In this document: piece after piece, positions 48,712 through 59,467 of the stretch | Layout: the number at the start of each line of letters is the position of its first letter | Numbering within the stretch: position 1 is the stretch's first letter | Origin: Gammaproteobacteria bacterium | GTDB lineage: Bacteria; Pseudomonadota; Gammaproteobacteria; GCA-001735895 | DNA: 64,000 nucleotides | Direction: 5' to 3' | NCBI GenBank assembly: GCA_050298595.1 | Contig: JBNKUM010000094.1 | Coordinates: 1 to 64,000 of the forward strand | Notes under the pieces: model-generated | What the model saw: only the letters and a program-made list of their open reading frames with translations | What the model was told of the DNA's origin: nothing | Database searches by the model: none | Made by a program: the position numbers and the translations under genes

Positions 48712-48828
48712 CCAGAAAAATGAAATGAATATTATGTAAGTCACGTCGATCATACACAAGCTGAATATTCACGGGGCATTCAGCAGGCAGAAGTATACTT
48801 CACACACAATCAATGAAAAGAGGTGATT

Positions 48829-49290
48829 ATGAATCGTAGAACATTATTAAAAAGGTCTCTGGCAGTGAGTGCTGTCGGCATAGCGGCATCAGCAGGCCTG
48901 CTGGCTCCAGGTCAGGTACTGGCAGCTTATCCGAAAACCGCTTTCCAGGCCAAAGATAGCGCAGCCGCATTAAACGACGCGCTAGGTTCCAGCGATGCTA
49001 GTGAATCGGGTGATATCAAAATCAAAGCCCCCGATATCGCAGAAAATGGTGCGGTAGTTCCAGTAACCGTTTCTACTGGTTTATCTGGCGTAGAATCTAT
49101 CACTCTGCTGGCTGATGCCAATGCCACTCCGCTACTGGCTTCTTTTGATCTGAGTAATGCAGAAGCCTATGTTTCAACCCGAATCAAAATGGGTAAGACT
49201 GGTAATGTAATCGCGGTTGTTAAGTCTGCTGGCAAGCTTTATTCGGCTAAAAAAGAAGTCAAAGTGACCATAGGTGGCTGTGGTGGTTAA
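48829..49290 (+). CDS. soxY: Thiosulfate oxidation carrier SoxY
   Basis: Tat signal MNRRTLLK, APDIAENGAVVPV, C-terminal VKVTIGGCGG. Confidence 0.96.
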   Translation: MNRRTLLKRSLAVSAVGIAASAGLLAPGQVLAAYPKTAFQAKDSAAALNDALGSSDASESGDIKIKAPDIAENGAVVPVTVSTGLSGVESITLLADANATPLLASFDLSNAEAYVSTRIKMGKTGNVIAVVKSAGKLYSAKKEVKVTIGGCGG

Positions 49291-49340
49291 TGCGTGAGCA
49301 CATCACACTTCCACAATCAATAACTTAGAGAGAAAGCATA

Positions 49341-49652
49341 ATGGCAAAATCAATCAAATTAAGAGCAAAAGCGAGTAAAGGTATTGTTACGGTCAAGGCA
49401 CTGATGAACCATCCTATGGAAACCGGTCTGCGAAAAGACAAAAAGACTGGAAAATTGATCCCTGCGCATCATATTCAGGAAGTCATGGCCCAATCGGGCG
49501 ACAGCACGGTAATGACTGCAGTATGGGGCGGTGCAATTTCCAAAAACCCTTATCTGTCTTTCCAGTACAAGGGAGCCAAGGGGGACTCACTGACCCTGTC
49601 ATGGGTTGATAATAAGGGGGGATCTGATTCGGTGAGTACCAAAGTCAGTTAA
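49341..49652 (+). CDS. soxZ: Thiosulfate oxidation carrier SoxZ
   Basis: HPMETGLRKD..G.LIPAH.I, ISKNPYLSF, WVDNKG. Confidence 0.96.
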   Translation: MAKSIKLRAKASKGIVTVKALMNHPMETGLRKDKKTGKLIPAHHIQEVMAQSGDSTVMTAVWGGAISKNPYLSFQYKGAKGDSLTLSWVDNKGGSDSVSTKVS

Positions 49653-49675
49653 TTTCCAGCACTCAGGCAGCAGAT

Positions 49676-49705
49676 AAAAAAGCCTCATTTGAAAGAGGCT
49701 TTTTT
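49676..49705. terminator. Bidirectional intrinsic terminator between soxZ and the ion-channel gene
   Basis: AAAAAAGCCTC-ATTTGAAA-GAGGCTTTTTT. Confidence 0.8.
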
Positions 49706-49713
49706 GATAAATA

Positions 49714-50673
49714 TTATTTCTGGGCATGGGGGTCCAGTGATTTACCACAATGTGGGCAATGATCCATATGAACTATCCGGTTCTGGCGCATCATGGTATC
49801 TATCAGGTGGATGGCTTCATCTGCTTCCAGCCCAAGATCCTTTCGTAGTTTTTCCAGTTCCCAGCGTTCTTCATCATCTATATGCCCATCTCTGAGAAAG
49901 TGCTGAATAAACAGGTTGTATTTTTGGCGACGCTGGTTGAGGTTTTCGGCAAAGCCGGAGGCCAGTATAGCGGCTGGAAGCGCTACCATACCCACCCCGA
50001 TAAGCCCGACTATACCGGCAAAGAATTTGCCCATGTTGGTGACAGGAACTATATCCCCATAACCCAGCGTGGTTAAGGTGACGATGGCCCACCACATAGA
50101 TTTGGGTATGCTGCCAAAGGCCTCAGGCTGGATTTCATTCTCCAGAAAGTAAATACCGGTGGCAGACAGTACAAGCATCATGAATAGCACGACCACTGCA
50201 GCGAATAAAGTCACGGATTCTTTCTGCAATACATCCAGTAACGCAGTCAGAGCCCTTGAATAACGAGTCAGTTTAAACAGACGCATCATTCTCAGAATAC
50301 GCAGGAAGCGTAAATCTATAACGATATACAGGCTGAGGTAAAATGGCACAATTGATGCCAGGTCAATCAGCGCTATCGGGCTGAGCATATATCTTATGCG
50401 CCCTCTTATCGGTGAGCTGTCATGAGTTTCCTGCAGGTCGATACTACTCCATACTCGCAGCATATATTCAAGGGTAAAAACGATGACTGAAAATACTTCA
50501 AAGGCCCAGAAGGCTGAGTGGTATTGTTGATGAAACTCTGGTTCCGATTCCAGGATAATGGCGATGATGTTAAGCGATATTAATCCAATAAGAAGCAGGT
50601 TGACGGTCTTACCCAACTTTTCATATTTTGGGTTTTGCTCCAATATCTCAGCAACCGATTTTCTCTGGATCAT
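49714..50673 (-). CDS. Voltage-gated-type (6TM) potassium channel
   Basis: S4-like RFLRILRMMRLFKLTR, selectivity filter TLTTLGYGD, C-terminal CPHCG. Confidence 0.9.
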   Translation of the reverse strand: MIQRKSVAEILEQNPKYEKLGKTVNLLLIGLISLNIIAIILESEPEFHQQYHSAFWAFEVFSVIVFTLEYMLRVWSSIDLQETHDSSPIRGRIRYMLSPIALIDLASIVPFYLSLYIVIDLRFLRILRMMRLFKLTRYSRALTALLDVLQKESVTLFAAVVVLFMMLVLSATGIYFLENEIQPEAFGSIPKSMWWAIVTLTTLGYGDIVPVTNMGKFFAGIVGLIGVGMVALPAAILASGFAENLNQRRQKYNLFIQHFLRDGHIDDEERWELEKLRKDLGLEADEAIHLIDTMMRQNRIVHMDHCPHCGKSLDPHAQK

Positions 50674-50815
50674 TCGTAATACCTGTAAATTCTAAAAAAC
50701 CACCATGAGTTTAATTGAAAATAAAAAAAATGTTTGTTTAGCGGTCAGTTTGTATTCAGGGTGCAATATAAGGACGGAAAGGGTAAATTGCTCCTTTTGG
50801 TTATGGGCATAATCT

Positions 50816-51493
50816 ATGGGTGATTCACCTGTTATTATCAACAGCGGAACAGGCTCAGTGCAATACTGTGTCATCTGGTTACATGGACTGGGCGCGGATG
50901 GACATGATTTCGAGCCGATAGTACAGGAGCTCAATCTACCCGCTGATATAGCCATTCGCTTTATATTCCCGCATGCCCCCATGATGCCGGTTACTATCAA
51001 TAACGGTTATGTGATGCGAGCCTGGTATGACATTTTTGCGATGGATATAGGCAGCAGACAGGATGAGGTGGGCGTTCGTCAGTCACAGCTGTATGTCAAG
51101 CAAATGATCGATCAGCAGATTGCAGACGGAATTCCCAGTGAACGTATGGTATTAGCCGGATTTTCACAGGGAGGAGCGATTATTTTGCAAACTGGCCTGC
51201 GGCTGGATAAACCCCTGGCAGGGTTGATGGCCCTGTCTACCTATCTTCCTCTGGTGGATTCATTTGAAGCCGAGAAAACATTACACAATGCACATACCCC
51301 TATCTTTATGGCGCATGGTGATAGTGATCCAGTGGTGAAACCTGAGCTTGCCTATCGAGCGCGAAGTTATCTGGAACGTCAGGGCTATGCCGTGGAATGG
51401 CAGGAGTATGCAGGTATGCAGCATGGTGTTTGTGCACAGGAGATTGATCATATCCGACAATGGCTGTTGAAGGTTTTTAAGGTAGGCGGTTAA
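50816..51493 (+). CDS. Phospholipase/carboxylesterase (alpha/beta hydrolase)
   Basis: WLHGLGADG, MRAWYDI, GFSQGG, AHGDSD. Confidence 0.92.
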   Translation: MGDSPVIINSGTGSVQYCVIWLHGLGADGHDFEPIVQELNLPADIAIRFIFPHAPMMPVTINNGYVMRAWYDIFAMDIGSRQDEVGVRQSQLYVKQMIDQQIADGIPSERMVLAGFSQGGAIILQTGLRLDKPLAGLMALSTYLPLVDSFEAEKTLHNAHTPIFMAHGDSDPVVKPELAYRARSYLERQGYAVEWQEYAGMQHGVCAQEIDHIRQWLLKVFKVGG

Positions 51494-51503
51494 ACTGCCC
51501 GCT

Positions 51504-51941
51504 ATGAGCGATAAACAACCTCCCCGTTGTCATTCATTTGTTGCGGCCAGCCCGCTGTGGTCACGCGCGCCTGCGAAGGATGAAAATGGCAAGCACTGTG
51601 TCGATTTTATGATGCTGATTCCGGGGCTTAAGCATGCAGATTCCAGAACTGTTGAGAGTTATATGTTCAGGATTCAAAATTGTTTGTCCGAATTTGGATC
51701 ACTGGTGGTTTATCTGGATCTGAATATCAGGCTTAGCCTGCTATGGGTGAGTGCCAAAAGTGTTCCGGGAATTTCAAGGTATATGGTTGAAGCGATCATT
51801 CGAGAGATTCCGCATGCAAAAGTCATTGCAGGGGACTTTAATCCTGAGAACTTCGTTGACCGAAAACACCCACCGTTGTTAAGCATCGGGCGCAAGGTGA
51901 TGACTCACCTGCGCCTGGTTGCGAAATTACCCGTTGATTAG
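51504..51941 (+). CDS. Hypothetical protein
   Basis: 145-aa ORF co-oriented with the esterase; PLWSRAP..D...DFMMLIPGL motif. Confidence 0.7.
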   Translation: MSDKQPPRCHSFVAASPLWSRAPAKDENGKHCVDFMMLIPGLKHADSRTVESYMFRIQNCLSEFGSLVVYLDLNIRLSLLWVSAKSVPGISRYMVEAIIREIPHAKVIAGDFNPENFVDRKHPPLLSIGRKVMTHLRLVAKLPVD

Positions 51942-53315
51942 CTGCCTGCACTGATCGATCTGGAAAAGTACCTGTTGTGGTGCAGTGCCACCGATGATAT
52001 TTCTGGCGTTTACAGACCCTTCCAGTGTTAAGACCTCGAATACATCGGCCTGTATTCGGCTGTCGAATTGCTGTAATTCCTGCAAGCTGCACTCAGATAA
52101 ATCCTTATTCTGACTAATCGCAAAAGCCACTGCATTACCTACTACTTCATGCGCATCGCGGAAAGGTAGATCCTTTTTCACTAAATAGTCAGCCAGATCG
52201 GTTGCGGTAGCAAAACCTTTAAGAGCGGATTCATACATAGAGGTTTTATTCACCTGAATATTGGGCACCATATCGGCAAAGGCTCGTAGACTGTTTTGCA
52301 GGGTATCCAGCGTGTCAAACAATGGTTCCTTGTCTTCCTGATTATCCTTGTTATAGGCCAGTGTCTGAGACTTCATCAGAGTCAGCAGGCTGACCAGATG
52401 ACCGTTGACGCGACCGGTTTTACCTCGTACCAGCTCGGGTACATCCGGGTTTTTCTTTTGCGGCATGATAGACGAGCCAGTGCAGTAACGGTCGGGCAAT
52501 ACAATAAAATCAAACTGGGCCGATGACCAGATCACCATTTCCTCTGCCATGCGTGACATATGCGTCATACAGATCGCAGCAGCGGCACAGAATTCAATGG
52601 CAAAGTCGCGATCACTCACGGCATCCAGCGAGTTACGTGATGGAGCATCAAAATTCAGTAAGCTGGCGCTGTACTCTCTATCCAGAGGGTAAGAGGTGCC
52701 TGCCAGTGCGGCAGAGCCTAAAGGCATAATATTCATACGTTTGGCACAATCTGCCAGTCGGCTATGATCACGCTCCAGCATCTCGAACCAGGCCAGCATG
52801 TGGTGTCCAAAGGTGATGGGTTGAGCAACCTGCAAATGGGTAAAACCAGGCATGATGGTATCGCTATGTTCACTGGCAAGATCCAGCAGACCATGTTGAA
52901 ACTGACGTATTAATTGCTGACAGATCAAAATCTCATCGCGCATAAACAGGCGGATATCGGTAGCTATCTGATCATTGCGCGAACGCCCTGTGTGTAGCTT
53001 TTTACCGCTGTCACCGATCAGATGGGTCAGGCGCGCTTCAATGTTCATATGTACATCTTCAAGTTTTACCGACCATTCGAAACGACCAGAGCGGATTTCC
53101 TGCTGAATGGTTTCCAGCCCCTGTTCGATTTGCTGTAATTCTTTGTCGCTGAGGATGCCGATTTTATTCAGCATTTTGGCATGTGCCAGTGATCCATGAA
53201 TATCGACCATCGCCAGGCGTTTATCGAAAGTGATAGAAGCGGTAAAAGCTTCTACAAATGTGTCGGTCTGTTCCTGAAATCGGCCACCCCACATGCGGGA
53301 ATCTTTACTTGTCAT
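51927..53315 (-). CDS. argH: Argininosuccinate lyase
   Basis: [27 protein letters not shown]. Confidence 0.97.
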   Translation of the reverse strand: MTSKDSRMWGGRFQEQTDTFVEAFTASITFDKRLAMVDIHGSLAHAKMLNKIGILSDKELQQIEQGLETIQQEIRSGRFEWSVKLEDVHMNIEARLTHLIGDSGKKLHTGRSRNDQIATDIRLFMRDEILICQQLIRQFQHGLLDLASEHSDTIMPGFTHLQVAQPITFGHHMLAWFEMLERDHSRLADCAKRMNIMPLGSAALAGTSYPLDREYSASLLNFDAPSRNSLDAVSDRDFAIEFCAAAAICMTHMSRMAEEMVIWSSAQFDFIVLPDRYCTGSSIMPQKKNPDVPELVRGKTGRVNGHLVSLLTLMKSQTLAYNKDNQEDKEPLFDTLDTLQNSLRAFADMVPNIQVNKTSMYESALKGFATATDLADYLVKKDLPFRDAHEVVGNAVAFAISQNKDLSECSLQELQQFDSRIQADVFEVLTLEGSVNARNIIGGTAPQQVLFQIDQCRQLING

Positions 53316-53382
53316 TGAATTTTCCGGATTACTTCTGGTTGCTAAATAACGCTATAGTGTTCGTGCGTGTTAAAAATCGGCT

Positions 53383-54480
53383 ATGCTTGCATTGTCAATG
53401 ACAGGAAAGCAAGACTCAATGCAAAAAAAATCCACAAATTCTCTATCTGAAGGGCAAATAAGCTGTTATTTGCCGGATTACTGCAAGGGGGAGAATATTT
53501 TAAGGCTAATTCTGGTGCTGGAGTTGATCGCTATTGTGTTTGCTTTGAGTAGTTATAACGGCAGTGGGCAGCTATTTGTCGATATTGCACTAATTTCCAT
53601 GTTGATCCAGTGGATCGGTCTGGGAAGTGCAGGATTGTTATGCATGATCCGACGTATCAAAGTTGAATTTGGCAATACCCTGATTACCATTATGAGTTTG
53701 CTGGCAGTAGCCCTGATGACCCTGCTTATGTCGTTAATCGCCTATCGCTTAAATAGCTGGTTTCATTTCGGATTATTCAATAACTCCAGTGAATGGGTGG
53801 TGCTGTTAAGACACATTACCATTGCAGTGGTTTTACAGGGAATGGCATTGCGTTATTTTTTTATTCAGTATCACGGCCAGAAAATGTTGCAAACCGAGTC
53901 GCGAGCTCGTTTACAGGCGTTACAGGCTCGCATCCGTCCGCATTTTCTTTTTAATAGCTTAAATACTATCGCCAGTTTGAGTTACGATCAGCCTGAACGC
54001 GCCGAACGTGCCATAGAAGGCCTGGCGGAATTGTTTCGAGCCAGTTTATCGGCGGATTCCAGTATTACCCTGCAACAGGAAATTGACTTCACTAAAGAAT
54101 ATATTAATCTGGAAAGCCTGCGTCTGGATGATCGCCTGAGAGTATATTGGGACATAGATGCTGAGGTTGAGACAATCAAATTACCTGCATTAACCTTGCA
54201 GCCACTGGTAGAGAATGCCATTTATCATGGTATCGAGCCAATACCGGGTGGTGGTGAGGTCAGAATAGAGATAAGTCAGAATAAAGACCTGAAAATTCAG
54301 ATAAGCAACCCATTAAACCCAAAACAGCAGCAACAGCATGCAAAGGGGAATAAAATGGCATTGGATAATATCCGGGAAAGACTTGACCTGGCTTTTCTTG
54401 GGCAGGCAAAAATAGCACATCTTGTAGAAAATGATCTATATAAAGTATTGATCACTATTCCATTAAAAATAACCATTTGA
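53383..54480 (+). CDS. algZ: LytS-family sensor kinase AlgZ/FimS
   Basis: LQALQARIRPHFLFNSLNTIASL, LQPLVENAIYHG; argH-algZR-hemC synteny. Confidence 0.85.
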   Translation: MLALSMTGKQDSMQKKSTNSLSEGQISCYLPDYCKGENILRLILVLELIAIVFALSSYNGSGQLFVDIALISMLIQWIGLGSAGLLCMIRRIKVEFGNTLITIMSLLAVALMTLLMSLIAYRLNSWFHFGLFNNSSEWVVLLRHITIAVVLQGMALRYFFIQYHGQKMLQTESRARLQALQARIRPHFLFNSLNTIASLSYDQPERAERAIEGLAELFRASLSADSSITLQQEIDFTKEYINLESLRLDDRLRVYWDIDAEVETIKLPALTLQPLVENAIYHGIEPIPGGGEVRIEISQNKDLKIQISNPLNPKQQQQHAKGNKMALDNIRERLDLAFLGQAKIAHLVENDLYKVLITIPLKITI

Positions 54481-54502
54481 GATTCAATAAAATCTGGAAA
54501 TC

Positions 54503-55234
54503 ATGAAAATACTCATAGTGGATGATGAAAAGCCGGCAAGGGACCGATTGCGACGTCTGATTGATAATCTTAACGATTATTCAGTTGTAGGCGAGGCTCA
54601 AAACGGGCAGGAGGCTCTGCAACAATGCGAACGGCATCAACCCGATATTGTGTTAATGGATATCCGTATGCCGGGTATGGATGGTCTGGAAGCTGCTTCC
54701 AATCTATCACATCAACCCACGCCTCCGTCAATCATATTTACCACGGCTTTTGCTGATCATGCGCTGGAAGCATTTGAATCGCATGCGGTGGATTACCTGC
54801 TAAAGCCGGTTAAGCTGGAGCGGTTACATGACGCACTCGACTCCTGTAGTCAGTTAACCCGTGCTCAGCTACAGCATACTCTGGAAGAGGTTATGAATGA
54901 TGGCGTACGCCAGCATATCTGCGCGCGCGTACGAGGGAATCTGGTTCTGATCGCGTTAGAAGACATCTTTTATTTTCGTGCCGAACAGAAATATGTCACG
55001 GTAAGGCATATCGGAGGTGAAGTGTTGATAGAGGAACCGCTGAAAACACTGGAAGTGGAATTTGTCAAAGATTTTACTCGAGTGCACCGTAATTCTTTAG
55101 TGCGACTGGATAAGGTGGCGGGTATGAAAAACAGTTCAGATGGGCATCAGATCTACTTCCATGAGATAGAAGATAAGCTGGAAATTAGTCGTCGCCATTT
55201 ATCGGGAGTACGAAAGCTCCTGAAAAATCTATAA
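54503..55234 (+). CDS. algR: LytTR response regulator AlgR
   Basis: Receiver domain VDDE/DIRMPG/YLLKP; LytTR F.RVHRNSLV, ISRRH. Confidence 0.88.
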   Translation: MKILIVDDEKPARDRLRRLIDNLNDYSVVGEAQNGQEALQQCERHQPDIVLMDIRMPGMDGLEAASNLSHQPTPPSIIFTTAFADHALEAFESHAVDYLLKPVKLERLHDALDSCSQLTRAQLQHTLEEVMNDGVRQHICARVRGNLVLIALEDIFYFRAEQKYVTVRHIGGEVLIEEPLKTLEVEFVKDFTRVHRNSLVRLDKVAGMKNSSDGHQIYFHEIEDKLEISRRHLSGVRKLLKNL

Positions 55235-55268
55235 CACAACCTCAAGCAAACTGTTTAGGTGATCGTAG

Positions 55269-55297
55269 TTCACGAATCCGTGGTGCTGCCCTATAAT
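55269..55297 (+). promoter_or_regulatory. Sigma70 promoter of hemC
   Basis: TTCACG-17 bp-TATAAT, ending 8 nt before the ATG. Confidence 0.6.
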
Positions 55298-55305
55298 GCG
55301 CCACC

Positions 55306-56238
55306 ATGAATACAATTCTCAAAACATTAAGGATTGCCACTCGTAGTAGTCCACTCGCACTTTGGCAAGCTGAAGAAGTAAGCCGACGCCTGAAATCACT
55401 CTATCCTGATCTGGAAGTCCAGTTGGTCACCATGACCACCAAAGGAGACAGAATTCTGGATGCCCCGCTGGCAAAGGTTGGAGGCAAGGGGCTATTCGTC
55501 AAGGAGCTGGAGGCGGGTATGTTAGCTGGCGAAGCGGATATAGCGGTGCATTCGATGAAAGACGTTCCGGTGGAATTTCCTGAAGGTCTTGAACTATCGC
55601 TGATTATGCAGCGCGAAGATCCGCGCGATGCCTTTGTTTCTAACAACTATCAAAGTCTCTCAGAGTTACCGGATGGAGCCCTGGTGGGGACATCCAGCCT
55701 GCGTCGCCAGACTCAAATCCGCGAGAGATACCCCAGGCTTAAGATTGACTGGTTGCGAGGCAATGTGAATACACGCCTGAGAAAGCTGGATGATGGAGAG
55801 TATGATGCCATTATTCTGGCAGCAGCGGGCCTAAAGCGACTGGGTTTTGAAGAGCGTATTCGTAGTTGCCTGGAGCCGGAGGAGTCATTACCTGCTATTG
55901 GGCAGGGCGCGATAGGCATAGAAGCCAGGTCAGATGATGAAGCGGTTCGTCAGTTGATTGCTCCGCTGGCGGATGCGGATACCACCTTAAGAGTTCAGGC
56001 CGAACGCGCTATGAATGAAACACTCAATGGCGGATGTCAGGTGCCACTGGCTGGGTATGCCGTGCTAGAAGGCGACCAGCTCTATCTGCGCGGGCTAGTG
56101 GGTGAACCTGATGGCAGCGTAGTACTCCGTTCTGAGATACGTGGTGCGTCCAGTGATGCTGTGTCGCTAGGAGTTAAGCTGGCAGAAGACCTGATTCATC
56201 AGGGTGCAGGAGAGATTCTGGCCCGGTTGCATGAGTGA
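55306..56238 (+). CDS. hemC: Hydroxymethylbilane synthase
   Basis: [46 protein letters not shown]. Confidence 0.97.
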   Translation: MNTILKTLRIATRSSPLALWQAEEVSRRLKSLYPDLEVQLVTMTTKGDRILDAPLAKVGGKGLFVKELEAGMLAGEADIAVHSMKDVPVEFPEGLELSLIMQREDPRDAFVSNNYQSLSELPDGALVGTSSLRRQTQIRERYPRLKIDWLRGNVNTRLRKLDDGEYDAIILAAAGLKRLGFEERIRSCLEPEESLPAIGQGAIGIEARSDDEAVRQLIAPLADADTTLRVQAERAMNETLNGGCQVPLAGYAVLEGDQLYLRGLVGEPDGSVVLRSEIRGASSDAVSLGVKLAEDLIHQGAGEILARLHE

Positions 56239-57013
56239 CACCCCTTCATCCAAAAAGCCGGTCTGCTTAAATACACGACCGGCGCATCAAAGTGATGCTT
56301 TAACTCAGGGGTTGCAGCAACTGGGTTTTAATGTGGTTGAATTTCCTACCATCCAGATAACATCAGCCTCAGACAGTCGCCTGCTGGAAGACCTGCCTGA
56401 ACGGATGACAGAGTACGATATAGCATTGTTCGTCAGTAGAAATGCCGTTGATTATGCCTTCAAATATTTATCCTTAGAGACCCTGCCCGCTAAACTTGAG
56501 ATGGGTGTGATAGGCAAGGGGAGCTGGCAGGCATTACGCGACAAGGGTGTTGAATCCCAGATCATTCCAGCTGATTCATTTGATAGCGAAGGCTTACTGG
56601 CAACGAAAAACCTGCAAAAAGTTGAATCTAAGAAGGTCATTATCTTTCGTGGTCAGGAGGGGCGTAATTTATTGGGAGATACACTAACAGAAAGGGGGGG
56701 CACGGTAACTTATTGCGAGGTTTACCATCGAGGCGTACCCAAATACCCTGATCAGGCATTCACTCAGTTAACTAATTCTCAATTTCCTGAGGTGGCGATT
56801 TTTACCAGTGCAGAAGGCTTGAAGAATTGTTATACCTTACTGGGTGAGCACGAGTGGCAAAGCTTAACTGAAATCGCATGGTTATTGATCAGCGAAAGAA
56901 TGCGTGAAACTGCCCACGAACTGGGACATAATGCAGCTATAATTATTGCCAAAAATGCTAGCGACGAGGGCATCCTGCAGGCATTGCAGGAGTGGCACAA
57001 CACAAGGCACTGA
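56231..57013 (+). CDS. hemD: Uroporphyrinogen-III synthase
   Basis: [30 protein letters not shown]. Confidence 0.92.
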   Translation: MSDTPSSKKPVCLNTRPAHQSDALTQGLQQLGFNVVEFPTIQITSASDSRLLEDLPERMTEYDIALFVSRNAVDYAFKYLSLETLPAKLEMGVIGKGSWQALRDKGVESQIIPADSFDSEGLLATKNLQKVESKKVIIFRGQEGRNLLGDTLTERGGTVTYCEVYHRGVPKYPDQAFTQLTNSQFPEVAIFTSAEGLKNCYTLLGEHEWQSLTEIAWLLISERMRETAHELGHNAAIIIAKNASDEGILQALQEWHNTRH

Positions 57014-57021
57014 TATTATTA

Positions 57022-58128
57022 ATGAAACAACTTGAAAACCAGCAAGCACAGGAATCAACTGCTACGGCAGGCAGTGAAGTCACTGAAGCTGAAACTCAGC
57101 AAATCAAAAAACGTAGCTATCTATTACCGTTATTTCTGTTCCTCATCTTAATTGCAGCAATAGCCACCGCAGGCTTTTTTGGCTGGAAGCAGTTTCTGCA
57201 ATATCAACATGATAGCCAGGCTGTCATTACTGAATTGCGAGCCCAGCTGATGGCTTTGCCTACTCGCGCTGAAATGGATAGCAGTCTTCAACCTCTGAAG
57301 CAGGCCAAAGGTCAAACCGATCAGGTTATTAATGAATTGACTCAGCGTCAGCAATCATTGCTAGATTCAACCGAAAAGCTCTACGAGCTATATGGCCGGG
57401 ATGAAAATGGCTGGAAGCTGGCAGAGGTAGAATATCTGATGTCGATTGCACAGCATAAACTGATATTGGAGCAGGACTTTGAGGGAGCAGCAAAAACTCT
57501 GGATGCCGCCAGCAATCGCATTGCTGAACTGGCTGACCCTGGATTGCTGCCGGTTCGAGTACTGATCAATGATGAGATTGCGGCACTGAAGACACGTGCT
57601 CGCCCGGATCTGGTAGGGATGACGCTACTGGCTGGTCGTTTAACACGACAGATCAATGTATTGACACCTGAGTATGTCATCAAATCAAAGGCCCCAAAAG
57701 TTAAACAACCTGTTGCTAAAACATCTACAGATAACCCTGATTTACCGCTGGATCAACGCGTGATGAATTTTCTGGGTTCTTTAGTAACCATTAAAAAGAA
57801 AGATTCAGCAGTTAGTGAAGAAAGCGAGATCACGCAAATTATCGATGTACGCCAGAAACTGGAAGACAATCTTAAATTAACACGCTGGACTATACTGGAG
57901 CGAGATGCCAGCCAGTTCGATAAATTAATGGCTGAGAATGTCCAGTTATTCAGTGATTATTACAATTTGGAGAATGCAGCCAATGCAGACTTCTATGACT
58001 CATTGCTACAATTACAGAAATCCAGCCTGAAAGCAGTATTTCCTGACATCAGTGGCTCGTTGAGATTATTAAAAGAGATTCAACAGAAACGTGCGACCAC
58101 CCCACAACAGGAGGCTGACAATGGTTAA
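57022..58128 (+). CDS. hemX: HemX family membrane protein
   Basis: Single TM, WKLAEVEYL..A, PDISGSL; hemCDXY synteny. Confidence 0.88.
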   Translation: MKQLENQQAQESTATAGSEVTEAETQQIKKRSYLLPLFLFLILIAAIATAGFFGWKQFLQYQHDSQAVITELRAQLMALPTRAEMDSSLQPLKQAKGQTDQVINELTQRQQSLLDSTEKLYELYGRDENGWKLAEVEYLMSIAQHKLILEQDFEGAAKTLDAASNRIAELADPGLLPVRVLINDEIAALKTRARPDLVGMTLLAGRLTRQINVLTPEYVIKSKAPKVKQPVAKTSTDNPDLPLDQRVMNFLGSLVTIKKKDSAVSEESEITQIIDVRQKLEDNLKLTRWTILERDASQFDKLMAENVQLFSDYYNLENAANADFYDSLLQLQKSSLKAVFPDISGSLRLLKEIQQKRATTPQQEADNG

Positions 58129-59320
58129 AATAATTATCAGTCTGTTAGTACTGGTTATCGGCGTACTGCTGGCGGTACTGCTGGTGGAAAAAGATCCGGG
58201 CTTTGTGCTGGTTCAATACGCTGATTTCTCGCTGGAAACCAGTCTTGCCTTCGGCATAGTGGCGCTGGTGGTATTGTCGGTATTGTTGCAGATCGTTTTA
58301 CGACTGTTGTTATCCATCTGGCGGATGCCACGAAGCATGAAAAAGCAGTCGCAGCATCGACGTGTTGAGAAGAGTCGGCGCTTATTAAATCAGGGGCTAA
58401 TGGATTTGGCGGAAGGACGTTTTGAGCAGGCAGAAAACAGTTTAATAAAGCTTATCGATTATGCGGAAAATCCTTTACTGAATTATCTGGCTGCAGCTCG
58501 AGCTGCTCAGCAATTAGGCAAGCATGATGCGCGGGATAATTACCTTAAAGCTGCCCATGAGGCTCGCCCCGAAGCGGAAGTCGCCATCGGAGTGACCCAG
58601 GCCGAATTACAGCTGGCATCCAGCCAGACCGAGCGTGCACTGGCAACCTTGGCCCATTTAAAAACTCTGGCACCAAAACATGACTATGTGACCAAGTTAC
58701 TGGCACGGGTTTATTTCCAACTTGAGGAATGGGAGCAATTGTTTGAATTGTTACCAGATTTGAGACGAAAAAAACTCTTCCGTGAAGAGCGCCTGAAAGA
58801 AATCGAGATGCGCACCTATGTCGGCGCTATGGAAGACTCAGCAATGCAGAGTACCTCTTTACTGGAAAAGATCTGGTCCAAAGTACCGAAGGACTATCAA
58901 ACCAATGCTGATCTGGTACTGCGATATATTGAGTTACGCGGTCAGGATAAGAAAGAAAGAAAAGCTATTGAACAAATGATTGTTAAGTCGGTAAACAAGC
59001 AGTGGGATGCTAGCCTGGTTGACTACTATGGACGCATGGTGATGGAAGATACCACTAGCCAGCTAAATACGGCAGAAAAATGGCTGACCGATTACGGCAG
59101 TAGCGATATCCTGTTGCTGGCATTAGGGCGTATCTGTATTCGGCTTAAGCTTTGGGGTAAGGCGCAGAATTATCTTGAAGCTAGTGTCGGGGTTAAACCC
59201 AGTGCTGAAAACTGCCTTGAGCTCGCTGACTTATTTAAACGCGATGAATTAGGTGAAATGGAAAAAGCCTGTCGTTATTATCAACAGGGCCTCTCGCTCT
59301 CTTTGAATAAGCCTGGTTAG
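58121..59320 (+). CDS. hemY: HemY family membrane TPR protein
   Basis: DPGFVLV, LAEGRFEQAE, AARAAQQLG, LGRICIRLKLWGKA. Confidence 0.9.
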   Translation: MVKIIISLLVLVIGVLLAVLLVEKDPGFVLVQYADFSLETSLAFGIVALVVLSVLLQIVLRLLLSIWRMPRSMKKQSQHRRVEKSRRLLNQGLMDLAEGRFEQAENSLIKLIDYAENPLLNYLAAARAAQQLGKHDARDNYLKAAHEARPEAEVAIGVTQAELQLASSQTERALATLAHLKTLAPKHDYVTKLLARVYFQLEEWEQLFELLPDLRRKKLFREERLKEIEMRTYVGAMEDSAMQSTSLLEKIWSKVPKDYQTNADLVLRYIELRGQDKKERKAIEQMIVKSVNKQWDASLVDYYGRMVMEDTTSQLNTAEKWLTDYGSSDILLLALGRICIRLKLWGKAQNYLEASVGVKPSAENCLELADLFKRDELGEMEKACRYYQQGLSLSLNKPG

Positions 59321-59467
59321 ACTGGGAATCTCTAAACTCGAATACCTGCATTTGAGAGAACATGATTTTGCAGATATCCGTGTTGATTGGAAAAACTGGA
59401 TATCGATCTGAATTAACCCTACTTGCAACATTGAGACAATAGAGTTCAGGCGCGTTATATTCCTGAA

